DNA from: Oscillospiraceae bacterium
GTDB taxonomy: Bacteria; Bacillota; Clostridia; Oscillospirales; Oscillospiraceae
Length of the DNA: 64,000 nt
Direction: 5' to 3'
Assembly: GCA_015067835.1 (NCBI GenBank)
Contig: SVLS01000006.1
Location: 949-64,948, forward strand
The translations under genes were made by a program, and so were the position numbers. The notes beneath the pieces are model-generated. The model ran no database searches. It saw only the letters and a program-made list of their open reading frames with translations, and had not been told where the DNA came from. This document shows, one piece after another, positions 27,365 to 37,800 of the stretch (its first letter is position 1; each line of letters starts with the position of its first letter).

Positions 27365-28957
27365 TTATCCTTCTGCAACAACGATTTCCTTTAATTGCAG
27401 GCCGGGATTCTTCTTGCAGGTAAAGTCAATGGCCCAGTAGCTGCTGAAAACCATCAGACTACGGCCTCGATAATCCTCCAGAAGCTCTGCATCGGAGCCT
27501 AAATTCAAGTCTGTCAGGTCGCCGGGATAGCTTTCGATCAGACGGATTTCCTCGTAAGGAAGGTTTTCCATTCGCAGGTCAACACCGTATTCGTTCTTCA
27601 TGCGGTACTGGAAAACCTCCAGCTGCAGAACACCGACAACACCCACAATCACTTCCTCCATACCGGAGTTGGGGAGCTTGAAAATCTGAATTGCACCCTC
27701 TTGTGCAATCTGCTCTGTACCCTTGACAAATTGCTTGCGCTTCATAGAATCCTTAGCGCTGACACGGCAGAAATGCTCTGGCGCAAAGGTGGGCATCCCG
27801 GAAAATTGGAATTTTTTGCCCGGTGTGGTAATGGTGTCGCCAATGGCGAAAATGCCGGGGTCGAACACGCCGATGACATCTCCTGCATAAGCTTCTTCTA
27901 CGATTTCACGCTCGGCAGCCATCAGCTGCTGCGGCTGAGAAAGGCGCATTTTCTTGTTGCCCTGAATGTGATAGTATTCGCTGTCCCGTTGGAATTTGCC
28001 GGAACAAATCCGCATAAATGCCAGCCGGTCCCGATGAGCCTTGTTCATATTTGCCTGAATTTTGAAAACAAAGGCAGAGAAATCGGGGCTGAAGGTGTCA
28101 ATGGTGCCGCAATCGGCGGTACGGGGCAGAGGGGGAGGCGTCAGCTTTAAGAAGGACTCCAAAAAGGGCTCAATGCCGAAGTTGGTCAGCGCAGAACCGA
28201 AAAATACGGGGCTGAGCTTTCCGGTGCGCACCTCTTCAAAATCCATTTCCCGTCCGGCGGACAGCAGCTCAACATCGTCAATTAACTGCTGATGCTTGGC
28301 TTCGGAATCCAATAGCTGTGCAACCTGGGAATCGTACAGATCGACGGATTGCCGTGGCGCCCGATTTTTGCCGGATACACCGGAGAAGAACAGCAGCTCT
28401 GCCTTTTCACGGTCATATACGCCCTGAAAATCTTTGCCGCTGCCGATGGGCCAGTTCATTGCATAGGTTTCAATGCCCAGTTCCCGTTCCACCTCTTCCA
28501 GCAAATCGAAGGGGTCTTTGGTCTCACGGTCCATTTTGTTAATGAAGGTAAAAATGGGGATATGGCGCATGGCACAGACCTTGAAGAGCTTTCTGGTCTG
28601 AGGCTCCACGCCCTTGGCACCGTCAATGACCATAACTGCAGAGTCGGCGGCCATCAGCGTACGGTAGGTATCCTCGGAAAAGTCCTGGTGACCAGGGGTA
28701 TCCAGAATGTTGATGCAAAAGCCGTTGTACTGGAATTGCATCACAGAGCTGGTGACCGAAATACCACGCTGTTTTTCAATTTCCATCCAGTCTGAAGTGG
28801 CAGCACGGGAATTTTTCTTTCCCTTGACCACGCCAGCTTGGGCAATGGCGCCACCATAGAGCAGGAATTTTTCAGTTAAGGTTGTTTTACCGGCGTCGGG
28901 GTGAGAAATAATGGCAAAAGTCCGACGGCGGCTGATTTCTTCAATTAAGTTAGACAT
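27365..28957 (-). CDS. prfC: Peptide chain release factor 3
   Basis: AIISHPDAGKTTLTEK G1 and DTPGHQDF G3 motifs. ATG at 28957 lies 5 nt after SD ggagga, which sits inside the longer ORF extension. Confidence 0.93.
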   Translation of the reverse strand: MSNLIEEISRRRTFAIISHPDAGKTTLTEKFLLYGGAIAQAGVVKGKKNSRAATSDWMEIEKQRGISVTSSVMQFQYNGFCINILDTPGHQDFSEDTYRTLMAADSAVMVIDGAKGVEPQTRKLFKVCAMRHIPIFTFINKMDRETKDPFDLLEEVERELGIETYAMNWPIGSGKDFQGVYDREKAELLFFSGVSGKNRAPRQSVDLYDSQVAQLLDSEAKHQQLIDDVELLSAGREMDFEEVRTGKLSPVFFGSALTNFGIEPFLESFLKLTPPPLPRTADCGTIDTFSPDFSAFVFKIQANMNKAHRDRLAFMRICSGKFQRDSEYYHIQGNKKMRLSQPQQLMAAEREIVEEAYAGDVIGVFDPGIFAIGDTITTPGKKFQFSGMPTFAPEHFCRVSAKDSMKRKQFVKGTEQIAQEGAIQIFKLPNSGMEEVIVGVVGVLQLEVFQYRMKNEYGVDLRMENLPYEEIRLIESYPGDLTDLNLGSDAELLEDYRGRSLMVFSSYWAIDFTCKKNPGLQLKEIVVAEG

Positions 28958-29125
28958 ATTTTCCTCCAGACTCATATTGATATTCGCAAGAGAAAACTAT
29001 GTTGGACTGCACAGTTTCATAGCGCCTCCTGAATGACGGGTATTTTAAAATCGATTTATTCTACCACAGGTTTCTTTTTTTTACAAGAGAAAGTTGTTTT
29101 TTCTGCCATAATCGTGTTTTTGCTC

Positions 29126-29154
29126 TTGCTATTTCCGCCTCAAAGGCATATAAT
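29126..29154 (+). promoter_or_regulatory. Candidate sigma-A promoter for the AEC transporter gene
   Basis: TTGCTA 29126-29131, 17-nt spacer, TATAAT 29149-29154; the leader would be very short. Confidence 0.4.
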
Positions 29155-29174
29155 GCCAGTGGAGATGATAGATA

Positions 29175-30083
29175 GTGATAGCAATTTTTGAACAGGTACT
29201 TATTTTGCTCATCTTCTGTTGCGTTGGGTATTTGCTGAGCAAAACAAAGATGGTAAACCCAGAGCATAGTAAGACTTTGTCCGTTCTGCTTGTCTATGTA
29301 TTTGCACCCTGCCTTTCTTTCCGCACCTTTATGACCCAGTTTAATGTTGCCTATTTGAGGGATAATGGGTTTCTGGTGCTGGTTTCATTGGGATTGCTGC
29401 CGGTTATCATTCTTGTGGCGAATCTGTTAGTGAGATTCTTAGGCAAGGATAGAGACGAGCGGGCGGTTAATGAATATTCAATGACTTTCGGCAATATCGG
29501 CTATATGGGATACCCTTTGGCCGGAGCAGTATACGGAGAAGCAGTGATGATGAACTGTATGATGTTTGCACTGCCGATGACCGTTTATATCAACACCGTC
29601 AGCTTTAATACACTGACTGCAGGTAAGGGGAAAAAGCCGCTGTGGAAGCGGATTTTTACGCCCGGCTTTATTGGAATTCTTCTGGGGTGCGTTGTTGGTA
29701 TCTTGCAGATTCCGCTGCCGGAGGTTGTGTCTGATATCACAAAAATGAGTGGCAACTGCATGGCACCAACCAGTATGTTGCTGACAGGAATGGCCATTTC
29801 TCAGTTCTCTATGAAAGAACTGCTGCTGAACAAAAAGGCATATTTGGTATGCGCGGTCCGGCTGGTGCTGGCACCGTTACTGGCCTTTGGCCTGCTGAAG
29901 CTGGCAGGGCTGGAGTTTGCCATCACCGCGGCGGTCATTCTTTACGCAATGCCCTGCGGAATGAACACCATTGTTTTTCCCAAGCTGGTGGGAAAAGACT
30001 GCCGTTTGGGAGCGTCAACGGTTATGATCAGCACGGTGCTGTCTATGCTGACAATCCCGCTGCTGCTGAATTTTTTGTTATAA
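29175..30083 (+). CDS. AEC-family (auxin efflux carrier / malate permease-like) transporter
   Basis: 302 aa, about 10 TM helices, GTG start. Confidence 0.8.
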   Translation: MIAIFEQVLILLIFCCVGYLLSKTKMVNPEHSKTLSVLLVYVFAPCLSFRTFMTQFNVAYLRDNGFLVLVSLGLLPVIILVANLLVRFLGKDRDERAVNEYSMTFGNIGYMGYPLAGAVYGEAVMMNCMMFALPMTVYINTVSFNTLTAGKGKKPLWKRIFTPGFIGILLGCVVGILQIPLPEVVSDITKMSGNCMAPTSMLLTGMAISQFSMKELLLNKKAYLVCAVRLVLAPLLAFGLLKLAGLEFAITAAVILYAMPCGMNTIVFPKLVGKDCRLGASTVMISTVLSMLTIPLLLNFLL

Positions 30084-30134
30084 TACCAGATGGATTGTGA
30101 ATACTAAGCTGACATAGAAAGGAGCGCACAGGAA

Positions 30135-30962
30135 ATGGCACAAGGAAAGATTTTGACCGTTCAGGACATCTCTTGTTTTGGAAAATGCTCAATGACTGTG
30201 GCGCTCCCGATTTTGTCTGCCTGCGGCCACGAAACCAGCGTGCTGCCGACAGCGGTTTTATCCACCCACACCGGCGGCTTCGGCCCGGTTCACAAGCGGG
30301 ATTTGACGGATGATTTTCCTGAAATTCTTGCCCATTGGAAGCGCCTGGAGATGTGCTTTGAAACGGTGTATGTGGGATATTTGGGCAGCCCGGCACAGGT
30401 GGAATTTGTCAAGGAAATCTTTCAATCAATGGTTGCAGATTCCGGCGTACGGGTATTGGATCCCGTGATGGCGGATAATGGCAAGCTGTATTCCGGCATT
30501 ACTCCTGAGTATGTCCGTGCAATGAAAACACTATGCACAGCTGCGGATGTGATTATCCCCAATATCACGGAAGCCTGCTTGCTGACGGATACACCATACC
30601 CGTCGGAGGTAACGAAAGAATTTGTTCAACAGCTTGCTGAAAAGCTGGAAAAGCTGTGCCCCCGGTTTGTTTTGACGGGAGTGGGCTATTGCCCGGAAGA
30701 AACCGGCGTAGTCCTGGGACAAAACGGCAGGGTGTGGCACTATGCCCAAAAGAAAATCTCCGGGCAGTACCACGGCACGGGAGATATTTTCGCTGCGTCT
30801 TTTATCGGTGCGTGGCGGAAGGGAAAAACTATGGAAGAAGCGGCGCAGATTGCTGCAGAATATACAGCCTCCTGCATCAAGTTTACCAGTGAAAATTCAA
30901 ACATTTCCGGCGAGATTCAATTTGAATCATCCTTGCCGAAGCTGATAAACGAACTTTTATAA
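30135..30962 (+). CDS. pdxK: Pyridoxal/pyridoxamine kinase
   Basis: Ribokinase-fold PdxK/PdxY pattern (VQDISCFGKCS, DPVMADNGKLY, GTGDIFA). Confidence 0.82.
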   Translation: MAQGKILTVQDISCFGKCSMTVALPILSACGHETSVLPTAVLSTHTGGFGPVHKRDLTDDFPEILAHWKRLEMCFETVYVGYLGSPAQVEFVKEIFQSMVADSGVRVLDPVMADNGKLYSGITPEYVRAMKTLCTAADVIIPNITEACLLTDTPYPSEVTKEFVQQLAEKLEKLCPRFVLTGVGYCPEETGVVLGQNGRVWHYAQKKISGQYHGTGDIFAASFIGAWRKGKTMEEAAQIAAEYTASCIKFTSENSNISGEIQFESSLPKLINELL

Positions 30963-30993
30963 ATAAAAACCGTTATCCGATGCGAGGATAACA

Positions 30994-32472
30994 ATGGAAT
31001 ATTTCTCGGAGGAAGCAATGCAAAACAGAAGAAGAAAAAGAAAACAGAATTTTATGGCGGACAAAAAGCGTTTGTTGCTGTATATAGCAGCGGCACTTGC
31101 TGCATTGATTGGATTGATTATGCTTGCGGTCAGCCTCAGCTATAACCTAGAGATTCAGGTTCACGGAGGGACCCAAACGCAGATCCTTGAATTTGGTGTG
31201 GATACCTATCAGGAGCAGGGTGCAACAGCAACTATTAACGGAGAACCGGCGCAGGCGGAAATCTCCGGGCATGTGGATGAGACAAAGCTCGGCACTTATT
31301 ATATCACTTACCGGGTGCGCCATCTATGGCTGACGAAGGCAGAGGTGCGGGAAGTCAAAGTCGTGGACACCACAGCACCGGAGATTACCTTGTTTTCCCG
31401 TCCGGGCTATATGGTTTTGCCCGGTCAGCAGTATGAAGAAGAGGGCTATGCCGCAGTTGACCTTTACGATGGAGATCTGACAAAAGCTGTTCAGGTAACG
31501 GTGGAAGCGGAGCAAGTGGTATACACGGTGACGGACAGCAGCGGCAACAAGGCGACAAAGGTTCGTCCGATTATTCGCAATGACCTGATTGCACCGGTGA
31601 TTACCCTCAATGGCGAGGCACAGATGACCATTACTGCCGGCTCGCCCTATACCGAACCGGGGGCAACGGCTGTTGACAATATTGATGGAGATGTTTCTTC
31701 CAAAATTGAAATTTCCGGAAGTGTCAATATCTATTGCGCAGGCACCTATAAGCTTACCTATAAGGTAACAGATGCCCACGGTAATGCGTCAAGTGCGGAA
31801 AGAACGGTGGTGGTTGAGCCCATCAAGCAGCCGCCTGTGGTACAGCCTGACGGCAAGGTAATCTACCTGACCTTTGATGACGGTCCCGGCACTCACACGG
31901 CAAAATTGCTGGAGATTCTGGAAAAATACAATGCCAAGGCAACCTTTTTTGTAGTCAATACCGGCTACAATATGGACAAGATGCTCAATGCCATCGTTGA
32001 TGGCGGCCATAGCATCGGTATGCACTCTGTATCCCACGATTATTCTAAGATTTACGCCAGCGAAGAGGCGTTCTTCAACGACCTGTACGGAATGCAGAAA
32101 ATCATCAAGGACAAGACCGGCGTTACTACCACTCTGATGCGATTCCCCGGTGGCAGCTCCAATACGGTCAGCAAATTTAACCCCGGGATTATGACCAGAT
32201 TGACGAAGGCAGTTCGAGACCAGGGCTTCCAGTATTTCGACTGGAATGTCAGCAGCGGCGATGCCGGTGGTGCCAAAACGGCTGATGATGTTTACAACAA
32301 TGTCATCAACGGTGTCAGCAAGCGGAAGGTATCAGTGGTTTTACAGCACGATATTCAGAAGTTCAGTGTTGAGGCTGTGGAGAAAATCATCATCTGGGGC
32401 TTGCAGAACGGATATAGCTTCCAGGCGCTAACGCCCAACAGTCCTACCTGTCATCATGGAGTGAAGAATTAA
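30994..32472 (+). CDS. Membrane-anchored polysaccharide deacetylase with Ig-like (DUF5011-type) repeats
   Basis: N-terminal TM, repeated DTTAPEITL/DLIAPVITL modules, and a canonical NodB domain (YLTFDDGPG, HSVSH, RFPGG). Confidence 0.82.
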   Translation: MEYFSEEAMQNRRRKRKQNFMADKKRLLLYIAAALAALIGLIMLAVSLSYNLEIQVHGGTQTQILEFGVDTYQEQGATATINGEPAQAEISGHVDETKLGTYYITYRVRHLWLTKAEVREVKVVDTTAPEITLFSRPGYMVLPGQQYEEEGYAAVDLYDGDLTKAVQVTVEAEQVVYTVTDSSGNKATKVRPIIRNDLIAPVITLNGEAQMTITAGSPYTEPGATAVDNIDGDVSSKIEISGSVNIYCAGTYKLTYKVTDAHGNASSAERTVVVEPIKQPPVVQPDGKVIYLTFDDGPGTHTAKLLEILEKYNAKATFFVVNTGYNMDKMLNAIVDGGHSIGMHSVSHDYSKIYASEEAFFNDLYGMQKIIKDKTGVTTTLMRFPGGSSNTVSKFNPGIMTRLTKAVRDQGFQYFDWNVSSGDAGGAKTADDVYNNVINGVSKRKVSVVLQHDIQKFSVEAVEKIIIWGLQNGYSFQALTPNSPTCHHGVKN

Positions 32473-32513
32473 AAATACGAGCCTGCTGCACGCTGCAGCA
32501 GGCTCGTTGCTTT
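32471..32513. terminator. Bidirectional terminator between convergent deacetylase genes
   Basis: acgagcctgctgc (32477-32489) / gcagcaggctcgt (32495-32507); a good T-run on the minus strand. Confidence 0.75.
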
Positions 32514-33504
32514 AGTAGGGACGGAAAATATTTGTACGGAATTCACAGTGTTGGATGTACCCAATCATATCATTCAGAATGCTGGCGATAGTAGAAGAAG
32601 TGTTGTGCATTTGAATGACAATCCCGTTGTGAAAATTCTCTTCAAATTGTCTGAGGGCGAAATCAGGACTGGGCTGGTTGTCCACGTGGCCGTCCGAACA
32701 GGTGTAGCTGTATCCCAGAGAATAATAACCAAGACTGTATGCGACAGCAAAGGTCTGTTCTGAAAAAATGCCGTTGTAGGGTCGATAAAGGGTCATTGTA
32801 TAACCGAAGTTTTCCTTGACGTATTGGTGCAAAGTGGTAATTTCGCTTGCAATCTGGTCTACGGACATCGTCGGTGTTTCGACAGGATGTGTACCGTAAT
32901 TGCCGATGGCGTGACCTTCATCAATCATCCGCTGCACCATATCCGGATGCTCTTTACAATAATCCAGAGTGACAAAAAAGACTGCATAGACCCGCTGTCT
33001 CTTCAAAGTATCCAACATTGATGCAGTATAGGAAAACTGGTTTCCTTCCTCATCTATACCGTACTGCTCGTCTTTGCACACAATAGTAAAGTAGGCATAT
33101 TTAACGTCGTCACCAAGAAAGAAGGTGTTGTAACGCCGATAAGAGATCTGCATTTTTCTGGCATAATTGGGACGTTCCCCATCTTCGGAGAAGCCGGGCC
33201 AGTACACTTTGCGCTTGTTATCAAAATCCTGCAGCTGTCCGCGGGTGAAGATGGTGCCGATGTATTCATCTGCTGGACGGGAAGTCGTATCAGCCGGCAG
33301 CGTGACAGGCGGGACAGTTGTAGGTACGGTTGTCGGTGCGGTTGTGGGTGTAGAAGTCGGTGCGGTTGATGCATCCGGTGTCGTTGTGGGAAGAGAACTT
33401 TCCGGCACCTGAGGAGCAGAGGTACAGGCAGTTAAAAGAATCGCTGCCAAAAGAATCGCAAAACCGGAAAGCAAGTGGGAATGCCTTGTTGCTTTATGCG
33501 CCAT
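32512..33504 (-). CDS. NodB-fold lipoprotein with degenerate catalytic motifs
   Basis: ATG at 33504 follows SD aggagga. Has lipobox LLTAC and a Pro/Thr-rich linker. NodB motifs are replaced (TIVCK for TFDD, NYGTH for H-x-x-x-H). Confidence 0.78.
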   Translation of the reverse strand: MAHKATRHSHLLSGFAILLAAILLTACTSAPQVPESSLPTTTPDASTAPTSTPTTAPTTVPTTVPPVTLPADTTSRPADEYIGTIFTRGQLQDFDNKRKVYWPGFSEDGERPNYARKMQISYRRYNTFFLGDDVKYAYFTIVCKDEQYGIDEEGNQFSYTASMLDTLKRQRVYAVFFVTLDYCKEHPDMVQRMIDEGHAIGNYGTHPVETPTMSVDQIASEITTLHQYVKENFGYTMTLYRPYNGIFSEQTFAVAYSLGYYSLGYSYTCSDGHVDNQPSPDFALRQFEENFHNGIVIQMHNTSSTIASILNDMIGYIQHCEFRTNIFRPY

Positions 33505-33532
33505 TTTAAGTCGTCCTCCTATAGCTGGTTCG

Positions 33533-34627
33533 TTATTGGAACAACTCCAAATTGAAGCCTTTTGCCTGGAAACCGTCAATGGCATCGCCCAGAATGGTTG
33601 CGTTGGTGACAGAAACAGCGTGAAGAAGGTAAATCGCGCCGGAGTGTGCTTTGTTAAGCACATTTTTCAGGGAAGCGTCCACATCCGGCTGGTTTTCCGG
33701 CGTGTAGTCTGCATGCGCAAAGCTCCAGTGGACATTTTTATATCCCAGATTCTGTACAACAGCCAGAGAGCGGATGGAAAATTCGCCCGTGGGGGGACGG
33801 AACAGGGTCATCTTGTATCCAAAATTCTCCAAAACATAGTTGTGAAGGCTCATCACTTCCTGCTCCATTTTGTCGATGGAAAGAGTAGGCATAACCGGAT
33901 GGTTGTTGGTGTGATTGCCGACAGCGTGACCTTCGTCAATCATACGGCGAACCGTCTCCGGTTCAGATTTGACGTATGCCATTGTTACAAAAAAGACAGC
34001 TTTTACATTCTTTTCCTTCAAGGTGTCGAGAATCATTTGGGTAACGGCAACTCTGTTGCCGGAGCTGTCTGTGGTGTAATACTCATAACCGCAGTCGAAG
34101 GTCAAATAGATATTGCCGTTATCCGGAGCGATGAAATTAGCTCCGTATTTTTCATATTTCTTCTGCTCAGCAACAGCATATTCCGGGCGGAAATTCAGAT
34201 AATCCCGGTTGGGGCCAGGACCGTAGCCGTAGGACTTGTTGTCCAACGCTTCCAATTCCTCACGGGTGTACATACCGATGCCGGTGGGTCCGCTGGGAAC
34301 AGTGGGAGTTGTGCTGGGTTGCGTCGGTGCAGAGGTGGGAGTTGTAGACGGTTGGGTCGGTTGTGTCGGCTGTGACGACGGCTGTGTTGGTGCCGATGTC
34401 GGCTGAGTTGTGGACGGGTTGGTAACCGTGGAGGAGGGTTCAGTTGCACCGCTGCCGCTGTTCACTACAAGGAATACAATCAGACCAACCAGTATCAAAA
34501 ACAGCACGCCAATGGTTACAATCAACAAAATTGTTGAGTTGTCATTATGGCGGCAGGGGCTACCACAAATCGGACATTTGCGGCGATACTGGCGGAATTT
34601 CTTTTTGCAGTTTGTGCAGTAGTACAT
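33533..34627 (-). CDS. PdaA-like polysaccharide deacetylase with N-terminal zinc ribbon and TM anchor
   Basis: CTNC...CPIC ribbon, one TM, Pro/Thr/Gln-rich linker, NodB domain (YLTFDCGYEY, HTNNH, LFRPPTG). Confidence 0.8.
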   Translation of the reverse strand: MYYCTNCKKKFRQYRRKCPICGSPCRHNDNSTILLIVTIGVLFLILVGLIVFLVVNSGSGATEPSSTVTNPSTTQPTSAPTQPSSQPTQPTQPSTTPTSAPTQPSTTPTVPSGPTGIGMYTREELEALDNKSYGYGPGPNRDYLNFRPEYAVAEQKKYEKYGANFIAPDNGNIYLTFDCGYEYYTTDSSGNRVAVTQMILDTLKEKNVKAVFFVTMAYVKSEPETVRRMIDEGHAVGNHTNNHPVMPTLSIDKMEQEVMSLHNYVLENFGYKMTLFRPPTGEFSIRSLAVVQNLGYKNVHWSFAHADYTPENQPDVDASLKNVLNKAHSGAIYLLHAVSVTNATILGDAIDGFQAKGFNLELFQ

Positions 34628-34742
34628 ACTGATTCACCTTTCCAAAAAATATGTCGACTCATTTTATCATTTTTTTGAGGGGAAGTCAAGAAAAGTCTTC
34701 ATTTTCCCAGCGAAAAAACAGAGAAAAACCTGAAAGAATACC

Positions 34743-34771
34743 TTGCTTTTTTTGTAAATTTAGGGTATAAT
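34743..34771 (+). promoter_or_regulatory. Sigma-A-type promoter for smc
   Basis: TTGCTT 34743-34748, 17-nt spacer, TATAAT 34766-34771. Confidence 0.55.
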
Positions 34772-34809
34772 AAGCTGATTCATTAACTTCAACAGTAAGG
34801 AGTTTAATT

Positions 34810-37800
34810 GTGTATTTAAAATCATTGGAAGTGCAGGGCTTTAAGTCCTTCCCGGATAAGACGCTGATTCGGTTTGGTGATGACATTACAGCCATTGTTG
34901 GCCCCAACGGCTCCGGTAAATCGAATATTTCTGATGCCATCCTTTGGGTTATGGGTGAACAAAGCACCAAAACACTCCGTGGCTCAAAAATGGAGGATGT
35001 CATTTTCGGCGGCACGCAGAAGCGTTCTGCTGTGGGCTTCGCGGAAGCGACGCTGACGCTGGATAATACAGATCGGGCGCTGCCTTATGACGCGGATGAG
35101 GTGATGATCACCCGCCGGTATTACCGCAGCGGTGACAGTGAATATTACATCAACCGTCAATCTGCCAGACTGCGTGACATCAACGAGATGTTTATGGATA
35201 CAGGCTTGGGCAGAGAAGGCTATTCCAACATCGGACAGGGCAGAATAGATGAAATTCTGTCCTTGAAGAGTGCAGATCGCCGTGAAATCTTTGAGGAAGC
35301 TGCCGGTATTTCCAAATATCGCCACCGCAAGGAGGAGACGGAGCGAAAGCTGGCGCATACGGAGGATAATCTGCTTCGCATTGGCGATAAGGTTTCGGAG
35401 CTGGAGCTTCAGCTGGAGCCCTTGAAGGAGCAGTCTGAAAAGGCAAAGAAATACCTGGAGCTGAAAGATGAGCTGCAGGGGGTTGAGGTTGCCGTTTGGC
35501 TGGATATGCTGGACAAGCTTTCTGCGGCGGCTAAAAAAGCAGAGGAGGATTATGCTTCTGCTTCCTTTGTGCTGCAGCAGGCCCACAGTGATTTGGATAA
35601 GCTGTACGCCCAGTCGGAGGAGCTGTCTGAGCTGCTTCGCCAGAAGGACGGCGAAATGGAGACGGTTCGCGTCAAGGTAAATATGCTGGAGGCGACCCAT
35701 CAGCAGCTGGACGGCCAGATTGCAGTTTTGAAAGGCAATGTGGACAATAACAATGCCAACATTCTGCGGATTGAAGAGGAGCTCCGGGGCGAGCAGGACC
35801 GCAGTGGCGGCATTCTTGCTCAGATTGAGCAGGCTAACGAGCGAATTACCCAGATTGAGCAGGAGCTGCAGAAAAAGAAGCAGGCGATTGATGCATTGCA
35901 GCAGCAGCTTTCCGCGATGACAGCCAATGCGCAGGGCTTGACCCGTCAATTCCTGGAGCTGCGTGGAAAGGAATCCACCCTGACGGCAGATATTGCCGGT
36001 CGGGAAGCGGATATCCACAGCTTGGAAGAGAGTATGGCGCAGACTGCGCAGCGCAGTGAGATTCTTACTGCAGACTTGCAGTCCGGCGCACAGCGCCAGG
36101 CGGAGGCACAGCAGCAGCTGGAAGACTGCCGCGCAGAGCTTCGCCATGCGCAGGAGGATGCAAAGGCAGCGGAGAATACCATCTCCGGCTATGCGTTGCG
36201 CCAGGAAACCCGTCAAAAGCGTCGGGATGAGCTGGCACAGCTTCTGCGGGAACAGACTGCAAAGCTGGACTCTGTTTCAGCAAAAGCACGGGTATTCCGG
36301 GCAATGGAACGGGATTTTGAAAGCTACAATAAGTCCGTAAAAGCGGTTATGCAGGAAGTACAGCGTGGAGGTCTGCGAGGCATTCACGGTCCGGTTTCCC
36401 GCTTGATTCGCACGGACAACGACTATACAACCGCTCTGGAAATCGCTTTGGGCGCAGCAATGCAGCAGATTGTTGTGGGCACGGAGCAGGATGGCAAAGC
36501 AGCCATTTCCTACCTGAAGCGGACTGACAGCGGACGGGCAACCTTCCTGCCGTTAACCACAGTGCAGGGTAAAAAGCTGAACGAAAACGGTCTGGAAAGC
36601 TGCCGTGGCTTCGTAGGTGTGGCATCGGATCTGGTCAGCCATAAGGCGGAGTATCGCAGCGTTGTGGAATATCTTCTGGGGCGCACCGTGCTGGTGCAGG
36701 ATATGGACTGCGCCATTTCGATGGCGGGAAAGTACGGCCATCGTTTTAAGATTGTGACGCTGGATGGTCAGGTAATGAATCCCGGTGGCTCTATGTCCGG
36801 TGGTTCTGTCAACAAGGAATCCGGCATCCTTTCCCGTGCCAATGAGTTGGAAAAGCTGACGGCGCAGGAAAAGCAGCTTCAGACAGATGCTGCCGATACG
36901 GAAACAAAGCTGCAAGAGGCACAGCGCCAGATGGATCAGGTGGAATTCCAGCTGAGTACCGCCCGGGATCAGCTTCGTGAGGCACAGGATCAGGTGCTTC
37001 GTCTGCAGGGACAGGAAAAGCAGTATGAGATTTTGCTCCAGGCGGTTACGGATGCCATCGGAGCGGCCCAAAGAGAAATGGACGCGCTGCAGCAGCGCAA
37101 TCATTCCGACCGGGAGCGCTTTGCCGCAAATCAGGGGAAAATCCAGGTTTATACGGCAGAATTGGCATCGGTACGGGCTTCTATTTCCAATTTGGAGGGC
37201 AGCCAGTCCGAGGTGGCGGCACAGACCGATGTGCTGACAGAGAAGATGACACTCCTGCGTACGGCTGCGGCGGCATTGGAGGCAGAAAAGGCAACAGCGC
37301 AGGCACATATTGAAGATATGCAGACCCTGCAGAATTCTATGGCCGGTGACCGACAGAATAAGCTTTACCTGATTCAGAGCATTCAGGAGGATACGAAGCG
37401 AATCGAGTCGGAAATTGCGCAGTTGTATCAGCGCCAGGCACAGAATGACGCAGACACCGAGGCGCAGCGCCAGGTCTTGCAAGCAGTTATGACAGAGCGC
37501 AGCGAAACAGAAGCATCCAGAACCAAAAGCGAGCGCGAGGGTCAGGAAAAGAGCAAGGATATTGTCAATATGGAGCGCGCCTGTTCCTTGCTGGAGCATA
37601 AAAAAGTCACGACTGCTATGGAAGAAAAGCAGATTATTGACAAGCTATGGGATTCCTATGAGCTGACACCCGGTACAGCGGTGGAGCATCGCGGTGAAAT
37701 TGAATCGGTGACTGCCGGCAATCGAAGGATTTCGGAGCTGAAGAGAAAAATCTCCGGTTTGGGAACGCCCAATCTGGGTGCGATTGAGGAATATGCCCGC

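Noticed and set aside
29049-29058. AAATCGATTT palindrome in the prfC / AEC transporter divergent spacer, possibly related to the rex ATCGAT array
   Set aside because: It is a single site. ATCGAT is expected about 15 times by chance in 64 kb, and there is no phasing partner.
30972-30992. Hairpin gttatcc-gatgcga-ggataac whose 3' arm contains the SD of the 30994 deacetylase gene
   Set aside because: The stem is only 7 bp, has no flanking conservation evidence, and could be a weak pdxK terminator remnant. That is not enough to claim translational control.
33290-33400. Repetitive ACN/CCN-rich DNA here and at 34290-34440, considered as tandem repeats
   Set aside because: Both lie in frame within the deacetylase genes and encode Pro/Thr(/Gln)-rich linkers. 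This is low-complexity coding sequence, not a non-coding repeat array or CRISPR.
34984-37599. 410-aa and 348-aa ORFs antisense to smc
   Set aside because: Both are in register with smc codons (offsets 174 and 1743). Their Leu/Gln-rich translations mirror the smc coiled-coil codons.
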